Source: Vicugna vicugna (lineage: Eukaryota). Taken from it: 64,000 nucleotides of DNA. This document shows positions 47,313 to 60,058 of this stretch, one piece after another. Location: contig MU058198.1 in the NCBI GenBank assembly GCA_013265495.1, positions 6,091,779 through 6,155,778 of the forward strand, written 5' to 3'. The position numbers and the translations under genes are program-made. The notes beneath the pieces are model-generated. The model was given only the letters and a program-made list of their open reading frames with translations, was not told where the DNA came from and ran no database searches. Positions within the stretch are counted from its first letter, which is position 1. Each line of letters starts with the position of its first letter.

Positions 47313-50300
47313 GTAAGTAACGGGCTGCGGTTCCTCACTGGGCGTTTGGCTGATGGAAGCACTTAGGGCTTTCCAATGGCCTGAGTCCCAAAGTGGCAAA
47401 ATGGGTACCAGGAGGCCCTGCTGCCCTTCCTCTTGTGGGTAGCAAGTTCCTGCTGGCGGATTTCACTTCACATTGTCAGAGCCACCAGGAGATGAGCCTC
47501 CACTGAGGTTTGGGAAGTAAAATCAGGCCACCCTTTGGGGGAAGTGGAGAAATATGAACCGAGGCTCAGTTTTACCAGATAAGGAAACAGACGCACAGAG
47601 AAGTTATATAACGTGGCCCAGGTCACACAGCCAGTGAGCATCAGAGTGAGAATTTGAGTCCCTGCAGTCGGACTCCAGGCCTGTTCGCTTAGCCTGTGCC
47701 CCTCAAACCATCATCTGCAATGACTCACCTGGAATCTTGATAAAATGAAGGTTCTATGCCAGCAAGTCTAGGTCAGGGCCCAAGATTCTGGATGTCTGAC
47801 CAGCTGCCAGGTATATCAGTGTTTCTGGTGTGCGGACCCCACTCTAAACAACCAGGCTCTTAACCTCTGTGTTCTTTTGTCCCTCTGGTTTCAGGACCCT
47901 CCCTCCTCCTTCCTACCCTCACCTCACTACCTGCAGACAGGCCCTCATCCTTGCCTTCTTCTCTGGACTGTTTTTCCTGTATTCACTTGCGTTTACTCCT
48001 TCACTCAACATTTATTATCGAGCACAGAGCAGGTCCCTTCGGACTTCCTGATCAATTCTGAGGACACCAAGGAAAAGACAGAGTCCATGCCTTGGAGGTA
48101 CTCCTTGTCTGAAAGCTGGCAGACAAGTAAACGTAGCAGCATGATGCAGTGTGATGAAGCCCTTGATAGAGGTGAACCCGGAGTGCCAAGGGTTTCAAGC
48201 AGAAGGCCCGGGGACTCAGCAGGGAACTCGATGGATGAAAAGGGATGGGACCCTCCTCGGCCTAGGTTGGTTCCCCGTCTTATGATAAAAACAAGGGCTG
48301 AGAATTGTTCTAGTTTCCTTTCTAATCTGCCATAAGGAAAGTGACGATGATAAACAGGAACCGATCCTCAGCCTCAGTATTGGTAGAGAGACACTAGGAC
48401 CTGGTGGGGAGTGTGGCAGACAGACAAGCATATGGCCCAGGTAGAGGGAAAGCCATTTTTCAGCCTTAAGTAATGTTTGCTAGGTAGCAAGTCCTGCCAG
48501 TGCTGCTAGATCTTCTGAATATTCACAGGGAGCCAGAATCTCATGAACCCCTGCACCCCTGCACCGGGACTGACAACTGCCTCCCCCATCACACCACGGG
48601 CCTCTTGGAAGCAGGGTTTGAGTCGTCCCCGCCACTTCTCTATTTGAAGTAGAAATACACGGTTGCTGAATGAGTGAGTTCATTCCCCAAGAGCCCATGA
48701 ACAGTTGTCTCACCCTTTCTGAGATCCAGATGAGAGACAGAGTAGGAGAGGTTAGGGCATTTGACCAAGGTCATGCCGCAGGTTGGAGCATCGGCCAGGA
48801 GACTCCGTGCCTCCTCCCTCCTTCCTGTCCTCCTCCAGTCCTGAAGCTCTTCCTACTGATTCTCCCACCCACTTACCCACCCAGTCATCCAGCTACCGAA
48901 TAAACATCTGCTAGGCTCTGGGGATCTGGGGGCTAACGTGGCAGACACAGTCCCAGCCGGCTCTGTTCACACACGATGATGCCTCGGAGAAGTCACAAAA
49001 AGCTTTCTCTGATTTTTGAGGTGTTTTTTTTTTTTTCAATACCTGAAGTTTAAATTTGAGGAAAAAAATCCAAACCACCGAAATAATGAGGCAGTTCCTG
49101 AGGGCCTGTGCCCCTCCCCTGCTCCCCTGTTGCCAGCCCTGGTCCCTCGTGTGCTTAGAGGCCTTCCTCCAGGCTCCGATGCGGCCCCAGCTCCGTGTAG
49201 CCCCAGCGCACCCCCAGCATCTAGAGCCGGGTCCTCTCATTCTCCGGTCTACATGGCACTTCTGGGCAGGCGGGCGTCAGCATCTTCTGGAATAGGCAAT
49301 CAAGCAGCAAGCCCATGCCCTGCAGCTCGGCCCTGTCATTGACTGTATAGCTCAGACCAAGAAAAGCGGATTTTCTGTGCTGGATTACAAAGAAGATAAG
49401 CTTCATCCCTTCTGGCCGAGGCCCACCTTTCTTCTTTAACCCGCGCTCGGCCTTCCCTGTGTGCTGAGAATAGAAAAGAGAGGCGCAGGACATCCGGGTG
49501 TCGAGGAGGGTGCCCTGGGGAGAGGAGAGCGCGGAGGGCCGCGGTCCCCCGCAGGGGCACCACTTCTGTAACGCACACCCATCTGTTGCCAGAATTTACT
49601 GGGGGCAGAAAGCGCAAACAAATGCAGCTGCAGGTTGGTTTGATTTAATATTCTCCAGGGAATGCTATGACTGTGTGTTTTAGAGAAGATAAAACGAGAG
49701 TTTATAGGAAATATTGCTCAGCCTGGTAGACACGGCTTGTTAAGACAGTGTTTTGTGTATGGGAATCCAAGGAAATAAAGTTAAATGTGGGGAGCTAATC
49801 CAACCCAGGCTTATTTAGAACATAAGAAAAGAAGGTTCTAGAAGAAGATGGGGGGGTCTTTTTTATTGGAAAATATGCTGCCTGTTTAATCCTCAGGCTA
49901 TCTTTGATGGGCTCCTTCCCCCTCACTGGGTGACGCGGTGAGTGTGAGCCGGCCCGGAGCAGAGGGACTCCGGGGCTGAGGAAGGGCACGGAGGCTAGAA
50001 CCCAACCACGCAGGCGCACAGAGGTGGCATCAGGCATCAGATGTCGGTACTTGTCACAGCTACGGTTTATGTGATGCTGCGTGTGTTTGGCAGGCGTCAG
50101 GCCCCCGGTGGGCGCTTAGTAAACATTTGATGCCTGAACAAATAACTGAACAAATGAATCATCTCAGTTAACCCCCCAGCAGTCCTGCAAGGGGGGTATT
50201 GTCAGTCCCCACCTTGTAGATGAAGAAGCCAGGGCTTAGAACAGAGAGATCCTCCCAGGCAGAGAGACTGCTTCTCTTGCCAGCTCTGCTTGGAAGTGGC

Positions 50301-50891
50301 TGCCTGGAATGCTGGCTTGAGAAGGAGCTGGAACTTTCCTTCTGGTTCCTCCAGGAAAGGGTATGTGATTGATCAGTGATGTCTGTTGGGAGGAGGCTGT
50401 GATAATATGTTTGTCACATTTTTTGATGTTTCCCGAGATTAAATGGCTTGACCAGCTAGTGAGGAGTAAGGGGCAGAGGTGGGAAGGGAACGTGAGGTTT
50501 TCCTGCAGATTTTCTTGACTTTGCTTCCCCAGCACAGAGATAGCTGCTTGGAGAAAGGAGTCAATAGTCTCCCTTCTCTAGGCTGTAATAACCTGTCCAA
50601 AAAGTGGGCTTTCAGCAGCTCCCCACGGTCCATCTGTCTCCCTTTATAATAAGCACATTAATCTGCTACACGGTACCACCCTTCAGTAAAAACATAGACG
50701 CCATCACAGTTTTTACCCACAACATCACTGTTCAGGTGCCATCTCCAGCCTGGTCACAGCAGTAAATGAGGCAGGCCCCAGGGTATATTTTATGCATGGA
50801 AATGGTGCTCGTTAAGTTGTTTTTGAATGAAGGAAGGAATGTAAGATTTCCCCAGTGGTATATTTCTGTGACTGGCCATGGTGATCTAGAC

Positions 50892-51092
50892 CAGTACTGC
50901 CCAAAAGAACTTTCTGTGATATATTAACGTGCTCTGTCTGCCCCATCCAGTACAGTAGCCGCAAACCACAGATGGTCATTGAGAACCTGAAATGTGGCTC
51001 CTGTAACTGAGAGACTGCGTTTTATAATTCATTTCATTTTAATAGTAACTTAATTAGCCACACATGGCTGGTGACTACGTATCGGACCACAG
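50892..51092. mobile_element. MER3-like hAT DNA transposon
   Basis: agaactttctgtgat...tgaaatgtggct...ttaattagccacacatggctggtgactac. Confidence 0.75.
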
Positions 51093-51489
51093 AGGTCTTG
51101 GTGTTCAAGGAACCGTGGTGAACAAATAGACAAGGCCCTGTTCACACAGCCCTGTCCTTTCTCATGAAGGAGGGATGATAAATAAGGGCACAAATGAATA
51201 GTGTAATTTCAGGTAATGCTAAGTGTTCTGAAGATGATGAAATGGAGCAATGGCAGAGAGGCATGGAGGAGAAGGAGGCCTTCCCTGACCTGAAAGTGAG
51301 AAGGAGCAGCCATATCAGTGGGAAAAGCATTCCCAGTAGGGGGCACAGCATGAGCAAAGGCCCTGAGGCAGGACTAACTAGTTTCCGCAGAGGCTGAGCT
51401 GGTGAACAAAGGAGAGTTTAAGGGTGGATCCCAGGGGTAGGTGAGAACTGGGTCATGTGGGCCTTGCTGGTTTGGATCCTATTTTTTGA

Positions 51490-51710
51490 GAGAGGCAGAA
51501 TAGGGGGTTGGTCAGAGGCAGCCCACCTCGGCCAAATCCTCACTCCTCCTCTTCCTAGTCTTGTGACCTTGGACATGTTACTCTACGTCTCCAGGCCTCA
51601 GTTTCCTCATCTGTAAAATGGGGTAATTATTGTCCTGTTAATACATATGAAGTGCTCAGAATGACTCCCAGCCTTTTTGAGCACTATATGAAGATCAGCT
51701 CTTTGTATCA
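51490..51710 (+). mobile_element. MIR SINE
   Basis: tgtgaccttggacatgttact...gcctcagtttcctcatctgtaaaatgggg. Confidence 0.85.
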
Positions 51711-53019
51711 TTATTGGAGGGTTTAGGGTGAGGGGGACACAATCTGATAGGGGAATTTAAAAGGCCACTCTGGCTGCTGTTTGGAGAAGGGGTCAGAAGG
51801 AAAGGAGAACCCCAAGAGGAGGCTCTTAGCATAGTCTAACTTGGTGGCTTGGATGAGGGTCGCAGGGCTTCTGGGATGCACTGTAGGTAGACTCATTTCA
51901 TCCCAGGGCAGTATTTGCATTTTCAGAAAGGCCTTTTTTTAGGGAGGAGTTTTTCAAATAGATGCAAAAGTGAAGAGATTGGTTCAATAAGGACTTCATA
52001 CCCTTCACCAGCTCCAGTAATCATCAACATTCTGCCATTTTTGCTTCATCTCTCCCCCTAACATATAAAGATAAATTGTAGCAATCATGTCATTTCACTC
52101 ATAGATTTCCCAGTATGCTTCTCTAACAGAGAAGGAGTTGGTTTGTGTTTGTATCACCCCCAATGCCATCATCATGCCCGACAGTGATTAATTATTACAC
52201 TCTAATACCCAGTCCGCAGTCAGATCCCTAATTGCCCCAGGATTTTTTTTTTTGATAGTTGATTTGTTTGGATCAGGACACAAACCAAGGCCAAACATGG
52301 CTATGGCTTTGAAGTCAAAGGTGTGACCTTCATTTAGGCAGCTGAGTCACTGTGGCCTGATGGCTCTGCCCCATGGTGGGGTCTGGGCACCCTCGGGCGT
52401 AGGGAGCGTGATGGCATCTTATCAGGGTGGCTGGTGAGAAGGGCACTGACCCATGTGCACAAGAGGCTTCCTCAGGGGTTGGCCTCAGCCTTGGTCTAGG
52501 TCATTGTCAGTTGCTAAAGGGTGCTGTCTGGCGGATGGGCCGTGGCATCTGAAATTTGTGGGCAGCACCTATGCTCAGGAAGATATAAGCATGGTCCCCT
52601 TGAGGATCCCAGGAGACTCAGGTTTGAAGCTGGCCCCCAGCCAGCAGAGAAAGGAGAAGTGAGCAGAGAATTCTGCCTTTGGAGAGGATGCCCAGTGAGG
52701 TGTTCAGGTTCCAACCAGAAGGTTGGAATTCAGAGCCAGACTGCTCCCAGTGGGAATGAGAACACAGATACAGAACCAGCATAGAAGCTGAGGCCCATGT
52801 CCTGTGCTGTGCAGACCAGGGAACAGGCTGCAACTGGGGCTGGACAGATGTCTGAGCAGGGAGGGCTTCTCACCCGTGTGCAGGTGCCAGCCCAGGACAG
52901 CAAGATAAATCCCAGACCCCCTAGGGGGTAGGACTCCCCCTCTCCCGTCTTCTGCCAGCCTTGGCCAGTACTGATTTAGTAGCTGAATCTGTTGATTGAA
53001 GTTCTCAGTCCCAGGGCTA

Positions 53020-53450
53020 GTGTATCAGCCAGGATTCTCTTGGAAGCAAAGGATGGAAAACCCAATTAAATCCAGCTTAAGGAAAAAAGGGGTTCTTTTG
53101 GCCCATGTTGCAGGAGAATATTAGGTGACTGGCTTTAGGCATGGCAGGATCCAGGAGTTCACACTATGTCAGCAGGGATCTGCCTCCCTCCATCACGTAT
53201 CTCTGCTCTCCTCTTGCTGGCATCATCCTCAGGTTCCAAGTGGTGGTCCCTGCTAAATCAGACTCACTCTTTATTTCATCAGTCCTTGTGGAAAGAGACT
53301 GTCCTCGTGAAAGTCCCAGATTGAGGGCCCACCAGCCAGGCCCCTGCAGTGGGGCCCACGTTATCCACATGAAGTAAAGTTGATGGAAGGTGGATTCCCA
53401 ATGGAAAACTGAGGTACTGTCTCCAAAGGAAGGAAAAATAGAACATGATA
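53020..53450 (-). mobile_element. Old MLT1-type LTR
   Basis: tgtatcagccaggattctcttggaagcaa...ggctttaggcatggcaggatccagg; homologous to 26505-26700. Confidence 0.6.
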
Positions 53451-55409
53451 CCCAAACTAGGTCCTTGTTCTTTTTCTCTAAAAGCACGGACGTCACATGC
53501 TGTTGAATTTATTCATCAGCTCCCAAATCTAAATCTTCCCCAAAGCTTAACATCTGAACTAAGCTCTGGTCCTAGCCACGAGGTACTTTTCTTTGACATT
53601 TCCACCCAGCAGTGCACTGACACCTCCGACCAGCAGACCCAACCCCAGGCCCTTTGGCGCCACTCCAGGCTCCACTGCCTTTGGCTGTCTGCAGCAGCGC
53701 CTGACTCCCTCCTTTGAGTCCTCCACTCCTTCCTTTGCCCCTCGCTGCCAGTCTTCTCTAAGTCCCACCATTTCTGCTGCCAAAACCTGTCTCCTTCCAC
53801 ATCCAGCTCCTCCTTCCCCTGCTGCCTGCCGCCCCAGCGCCAGACTCATCACGGCGAGTGCCGGCCTCATCCGTCTCCCCACTCCGCTCACACATCTGCT
53901 CAGTCCCTCTGTCTCATCAGCCGAGGTGTATCGATCACCTCACACTCAGGCGTTATGCTGGGGCTGGGAATCAGTAATGCTGTCTGCCCCTGTGAGCTCT
54001 CACCTGGGCAGGAGGACCCAGGGGGATAACGGCAAACCACAGTTCCACGAGGCCAAGACAGTGGAAGGGGATGAGCCCAGGGCCTCGCGGCTGCAGGATG
54101 CCCCAGGGGACTGGCCACTGTCCCCAGCCAGCCGGGCATTCCAGGTCCTGGGGCATCCTGGGAAGAAGGCCGTGGCACAGGGGCTGTGCCCAGGCTGACT
54201 GAACCAGCCCATATAGGCAGATTTCAGCTGGCTCCCACGGTGTTTTCAAAATTCCTTGAATTAATTGTGCACATTTAAAAATTGGAAGGTTTTCTGTGAA
54301 AAAGAGAGATTTTTGACTTTTATTGAGCAACTGGAAGATCTGGTGACACCAGGCCACATCCACACCAGGAAGCTTTGGCAGAGCTGGGTCACAGCCCCAC
54401 AGTCCCCACCACTCTGACTTGTCTTCCCGACATGGCTCACAGTTGTCCTGATGCCACACCACCTCTGCTGTTTGCCCTGCTCGCCTGGTGACCTCTTCCA
54501 CACTCAGACTCCGAGATGGACTCTCTGGCTCTCCCATCCTAATGCAACTTTTATGCCCTGTGGCCTCCAGGAAACTCTCCTCTCCTCTGTGCCTTTGCTC
54601 CTGCCATTTCTAGCACCTGGAATTAGCCAATCTTATTACCAAGGCTGCCTTTGGAAATGTCCAGGTTCTACTTAAGTCTCTCTTCACGCACCAGCCTCCC
54701 GCACACCCCGAGCCTGCCCTAGGCCCCTTCTGGTGGTCTCAGCCACACCTGCTGGGCTCCAGGTCACATGCTTCCCTAGGGTGTTCTCAGTTTCCTGAGC
54801 CTCTGGGGTCCCAAACCGGTGCCCCCGGCCAAAGCCATCCTGCTTGCGGATTCCATTTGGCGCTCAGAGCACTGTACGGCTTGTGAAACGTTTGACAACA
54901 TCGGAAAGCTGGCTTTTGGGCTGACGAGATTCCCTCTTTGGCGCCCACCAGCTGGAGCCAAGTAGCCCCAGCAGCCTCTGGACTCGGGGGTGTGCGTTCC
55001 CCATGCCTCCACATCTGTGAGTCTGTGACCCCTAATTATCCTGGCTTTTGTGAACTCCCTAAGGAGTGGAGCCCTGCTTTCATCTTTTGTGACTCACACT
55101 GACCAGGATCCTGAAAGGTCCCCACATGGTATGTGTTAGGTGGAATGAAATGACAAGAATTGCATGCTGAGGCTTGATTCCAGATCGAGGGGAGTTTTGA
55201 CCCAAGTTAGTGAGAGTAATGCTAGACCCCACCCTGGAGTGGGCGGGGTTCTCCTATGCCTGTGGCGACCTCTGCCAGGAACAGGGGGCAGCTGCACCAG
55301 GTCTTAGGGGAGCAGACACTAGCCACCCTAGCCCTGAGCAGCCAGCCCCAGCAGGTACACCCATCCAGGGAGTAGATTGGGTACAAGGCGGTGATGGCGG
55401 GTCCTGTTT

Positions 55410-55590
55410 CTTGAACGTGAATTACACGCCAGGCAGTATTCAAAGCACTTTATGGGTATCAGCTCATTTATTTCACACAGCAGTCCTATGAGATGGGTAC
55501 TCTGATGATTGACTCCTTCCTACAGATGGAGAAACTGAGGCACAGAAAAGCAGAGCAACTTGCTGGTGGTCACATCACTACCAGGCAGCC
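55410..55590 (-). mobile_element. MIR SINE
   Basis: aagcactttatgggtatcagctcatttatt...tacagatggagaaactgaggcacaga. Confidence 0.8.
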
Positions 55591-57147
55591 TGGTGCCCAC
55601 CACCTGGTCCCACATTTCAGTAGACAGGGACTGTGGTCACTGGAAAGCCAGGCCTAGCCTAGGGCAGCCATCACTGTGCCCTGGCCCCATGCTGCCCTGC
55701 CAGATGGCCTGAATTTTCAAGAAGGGCCAGGAATGCACATTGTTTTGTGAAAGCTCTCCGTTTTTAGATACTATCAGCTGGTTCTGAAAATTTTAAACCA
55801 GCACATATTCAGCTGTAGGGCCACCAGTTACTGACCAGGCCGTCAGGTCCCACCCACAACCATCATCCTCTGAGTCTGTGACATTGGGGGGCTGGTCAGA
55901 ATCATTGGTCCCCAGCCTGGCATGTAGTAGGTTAAATGTAGCTTGTTAATGTCACATGTCCCACCATCTTCTTAAAGTTGCTTCATCACAAAGAATGATT
56001 TTCATTGGTCTTCCTCCCAACTGACATATAAAAGGTCATTGAGATCTCCTCCCTGATAAAACGTTCAAGTTTAGGTTCTCCAGGAAGGAGCAGGTTGAGT
56101 TCCCAGAGCTAGGCCACCAGATAGGTGGGAATAGGTCCCTACACTCGAAGGTCTCCATCTGGGCGAGAACAGGTGTGCACATAGGGCCACGATGTAGTAG
56201 GCGCAGGGATCTGGTTGCAAGCCCAGCTCTGAGAGCCCAAGGAGGACCCTTGTCTCAACCCAAGGAGGTGGGAAGGGGCAGACAGGGAGGGCGAGGGGCT
56301 TCCCAGAGGAGTCGGCTCCTGAGCCGGGTCCCAAAGCCTGCAGGGGGCTGTCTGGGCAGAACAGCTCACTCCCCAAAGTCCCCCATCCCCGATAAACCTG
56401 GTTAAGGTCAGCCCCCTCCCCATCAGCCCATAGCGCCGAGTACCTCCTTTCTGGACCCAGCACTTCCAGGCAAAGAGAACGGTAAAGGACAGCAGTCCGT
56501 GTTCTCCCTGTGCTGCGGGCCCAGTGTGTGCTCCTAGCTGGAGGGCAGGGGAGCCCCCACGGGCTATGCATGAATGAGGTCCAACGGTACACGTCTGGTT
56601 CAGCTCCACGTGTGCACCCACGCCGAGGAAGGGTCTGCTTTAACAGAGACTCCCTAGCATCCAGCACTAGCCAGTGCTTTGCTCCAAATGATTTCCTCCA
56701 GTCTTTGTTGCAGGTGTGTCTCCAGGGAAAGTGCTTTGTGAGCACAAGAGCCCCCAGCCCTGCTTGGGTGGCTATCTTGGTGGAACCGGACCGCCATCAG
56801 TCTTGGCTGAGCAGTGTGTGTGTTCACTGGGAGAGACATGTCATCCGACCCCAGGGCCAGGGAGGAAAGTGGCCTTACTGAGTCAATTCAATTACTTAGA
56901 TCAAAATAACATTGTTGTGTTAAAATGCATTCCAGTCTCTGTGTGACTGGTTCTCGTCACCTGGAAAGAAGGATAAAAGTCAGGATGTAGACAAGGAAAG
57001 GTTCTCCCATCACCACTTTCCAGCCACAGAGTTTCAGAGTGCCCTTCTGAAAATCCATTGCGAAAAAAGCTTGCGGCAGCGTCAACCAAAGGCAGAGCAA
57101 TAACTCTAGTTAAACAAGGAAGGAAATGTTGGTGCCAAGGAAACGAG

Positions 57148-57174
57148 TACACACACACACACACACACACACAC
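57148..57174. repeat. (CA)n microsatellite
   Basis: Uninterrupted AC run. Confidence 0.95.
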
Positions 57175-59020
57175 AAATGGTTCTCTAGAGTCAGGTCGTC
57201 GGCAGGATGGAGTTTCACCCTGGACTTCTTGGAAGCTGGGGCAAAGGAGGAAACAGGACTCGAGAGCCCTCTGGCTGGGAAGGAGGAAGCAGGCTGGTTC
57301 TTTAGGAGCGAGAGAATTCCCCCTGGATCTCTCCCCAAAGGCACCCCTTATACAGAGCTTTACTGAGGGGGCCCCGTCTTCCCCACCGCACATAGGTGCA
57401 GCTCACAGGGCTTCTGCCCACACTTTGAGGTGTGATGATGGCTGCGTCTATCTGAACATAAATACGTAGAAGAGCCTGGAAGGACATGAACATGCACACA
57501 CTCGACTGCCTCTGGGGAGTGAGGAGGGAGCCCGGATGAGGGTACAAGACAGTTGGTCCACGGGGACTGATCTAAAAATGGAAGTAGTGCCTCACTGTTC
57601 CGCCCAGGTGATTCTGCCCGTGGCCAGGCTAGCACAGCTGAGACTGAGGCCTTCTCCGGTTTGGCTTAACCCAAAGGGACATGGTGGTAGGACCTCCGGC
57701 ATGCCAGCCAGAGTGGCTCCCTGTGCACCAGCTTTGTGACCTTGGGGAAGGCTGATCCTCAGTTTCTTCATCTGTCAGATGGGCCCTAATGCCCACGTTG
57801 GGGAGTTGGTCCAAGGCCAGCGTGGGACAACGCAGCCACGGAACAATACGTGGCACCCCCAGAGGAGTGACCACTACTGTTCCCCGCCAGGGAACCCACC
57901 CTGGTGATGCTCGGGCAAACCCACCCACAGACGTGGCTTGTTTGGTCTGCAGAGTGTCAGAAACTTGGCAGATTTAAGCACCATCAGGCAGGGGTCCTGA
58001 GCCTCTCTGCTCCCAAGACCCCTGCCACCCCCTGTGGTTTCCACATTAGCCCGCTTCTCTCTTTTATCTGCCCGGTCCTGTGGGCACTGGAAGTCACACC
58101 CCTGCCCCAACCTGCCCCCTTCTCTCTGTCCCCTCCCAGCCAGGCTTCTTGGAGAGAGCCGAGGTCAGACGGTGTTCTAGACAGTTCACGGACAGTAAAC
58201 AAGCACCTTGTGGAGACTGGGCATCTCACTGTGGAAGCCAGGATGCCCACCCCCTGACCGCCCCAGCCTGAAGGCCTCCTAACCACTCCATCACCTCTTT
58301 CAATGAGAGCGTGTCTGTCTCGCCAGATGTTTCCATGGCGGCAATTTTGCGGAACTAGTCATTGAAAGCTGCCATGCTATCCTTCTCAAATAGCTATTTC
58401 CTGATTAATTCACAGCACGCACTTGCTCTGCGCTTCCACTAACCAGAGAACACATCCATATAAACATGTAAAGGAGTGCTTTGAGAATCGACTTTTCTGA
58501 CAGGCAGCAAATAGTAGCTTGCCATCCAGCAATTGGATGATTGAAGCCGGCTCCCTGTGGTGTAACACAGGCTTGAGGGTTCTCCTCCTACATGGCTGCG
58601 GAAACCTTCGTAGCAATAACTTAGTAAACTAGAAATGTAGTTGGAGCTTATTTACCTGGCTTTCAGGAAGGCCGGGGGATGGGGGATGGGATAAGTACAG
58701 GTGGGCACCTCTGGGGTCTCAGATCCCATGTCCCAAGAGCAGAGCAGAAGTCAGAGCAAGATGGAAGATGATCTAGGGTTGAAACCAACAGGCTACCATT
58801 TTTCTGATCAGGCTTGTTCTCTGAAGATAGTTAGAGAGCAGTGTCGCCCAAGAGTGGGAGGGGAAAACCTGTGTTTATTCATTTATAATTCCAAAGGGAT
58901 TGTTGAGCCGCTACTGTGTGCCAGGTACTCGGTGGGCCCTTGGATGAGATTGGTAGGGCTTCTGCTGCTTGGAGCTTAACTTTGAGTGGGGAAGATAGTA
59001 ATTAAGTTAAAAAGCTGATA

Positions 59021-59076
59021 TAGCCAAGACATGGAAGCAGCCTAAATGTCCATCAACAGGGGACTGGATAAAGAAG

Positions 59077-59116
<40 letters not shown>

Positions 59117-59559
59117 TGGAATACCACTCAGCCATAAAAAAAGAATGAAAATAATGTCATTTGCAGCAACATGGATGAACCTAGAGATTATGATACTAAG
59201 TGAAGTAAGTCAGACAGAAAGAGACGAATATCATATGATATCACTTATAGGTGGAATCTGAAAGAATGATGCAATGAACTTACTTACAAAAGAGAAACAG
59301 ACTCACAGACATAGAAAACAAATTTATGGTCACCAAATGCAGGGGTTAGGGGGTAAATTAGGAATTTGGGATTAGCAGATACAAACTACTATATATAAAA
59401 TAGATAAACAATAAGATCCTACTGGCTAGCACAGGGAATTATATTCAATAGTTTGTAATGGCCTATAATGAAAAAGAATATATGTATGTATAACTGAATC
59501 ACTTTGCTGTACACCAGAAACTAACACAACATCGTAAATCAACTATATTTCAATTTAAA
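59021..59559 (+). mobile_element. 5'-truncated L1 (ORF2 C-terminus plus 3' UTR) inserted into an L2, containing a (CA)n tract
   Basis: Translation FAATWMNLEIMILSEVSQTERDEYHMISLIGGI* matches the L1 ORF2 end; 12-bp TSD AAAAAGCTGATA (59009-59020, 59560-59571) at a TT|AAAA site. Confidence 0.93.
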
Positions 59560-59907
59560 AAAAAGCTGATAGACAAAACCATTTCAGAGGCCAGAAGGAA
59601 ATAAAACAGGGCCATGGGCTGGATGGGGCGGGGACTGCTCTAGAGAGAGTGGCCAGATCTCTCTGAAGACGAGGAGCCAGCCTTGCTGGAATCTGCGGTA
59701 GAACATTCCAGGCCAGTGCACAGGTCCCCAGGTGGCCTGAGCTTGGCAGGATCACAGGGCAGCAGCCACAGCCCTGTTGAGAGCAGAGCGGGGAGAGGAG
59801 CGTGGTGGGAGCAGGGGTCAGAGAGGTCGTCAGCAGGACCAGATCATGCCGGCCTTGTTGGCGCCCGAAGGGAGCCGGAATTTCTTCTCCTTTTTTTGTG
59901 TGTGTGT

Positions 59908-60058
59908 CTTTTTTTTAAACTTTTTTTATTGAGTTATAGTCATTTTACAATGCTGTGTCAAATTCCAGTGTAGAGCACAATTTTTCATTTATACATGAAC
60001 ATACATATATTCATCGTCACATTTTTTTTCGCTGTGGGCCACCACAAGATCTTGTACA
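59908..60058 (-). mobile_element. Young camelid-type L1 3' end fragment
   Basis: Near-identical to 2921-3075; poly-T followed by TTTATT. Confidence 0.85.

Noticed and set aside
53593..54198. 201-aa plus-strand ORF
   Set aside because: Pro/Ser-rich translation of C/T-rich, L2-like sequence; no place for it in the KATNIP exon chain, since exons H and I join in frame.
56071..56745. 224-aa minus-strand ORF
   Set aside because: No recognisable homology, poly(A) tail or TSD to suggest a retrogene.
59046..59261. 71-aa ORF with real protein similarity
   Set aside because: It is the C-terminal fragment of L1 ORF2 plus a translated microsatellite, not a host gene.
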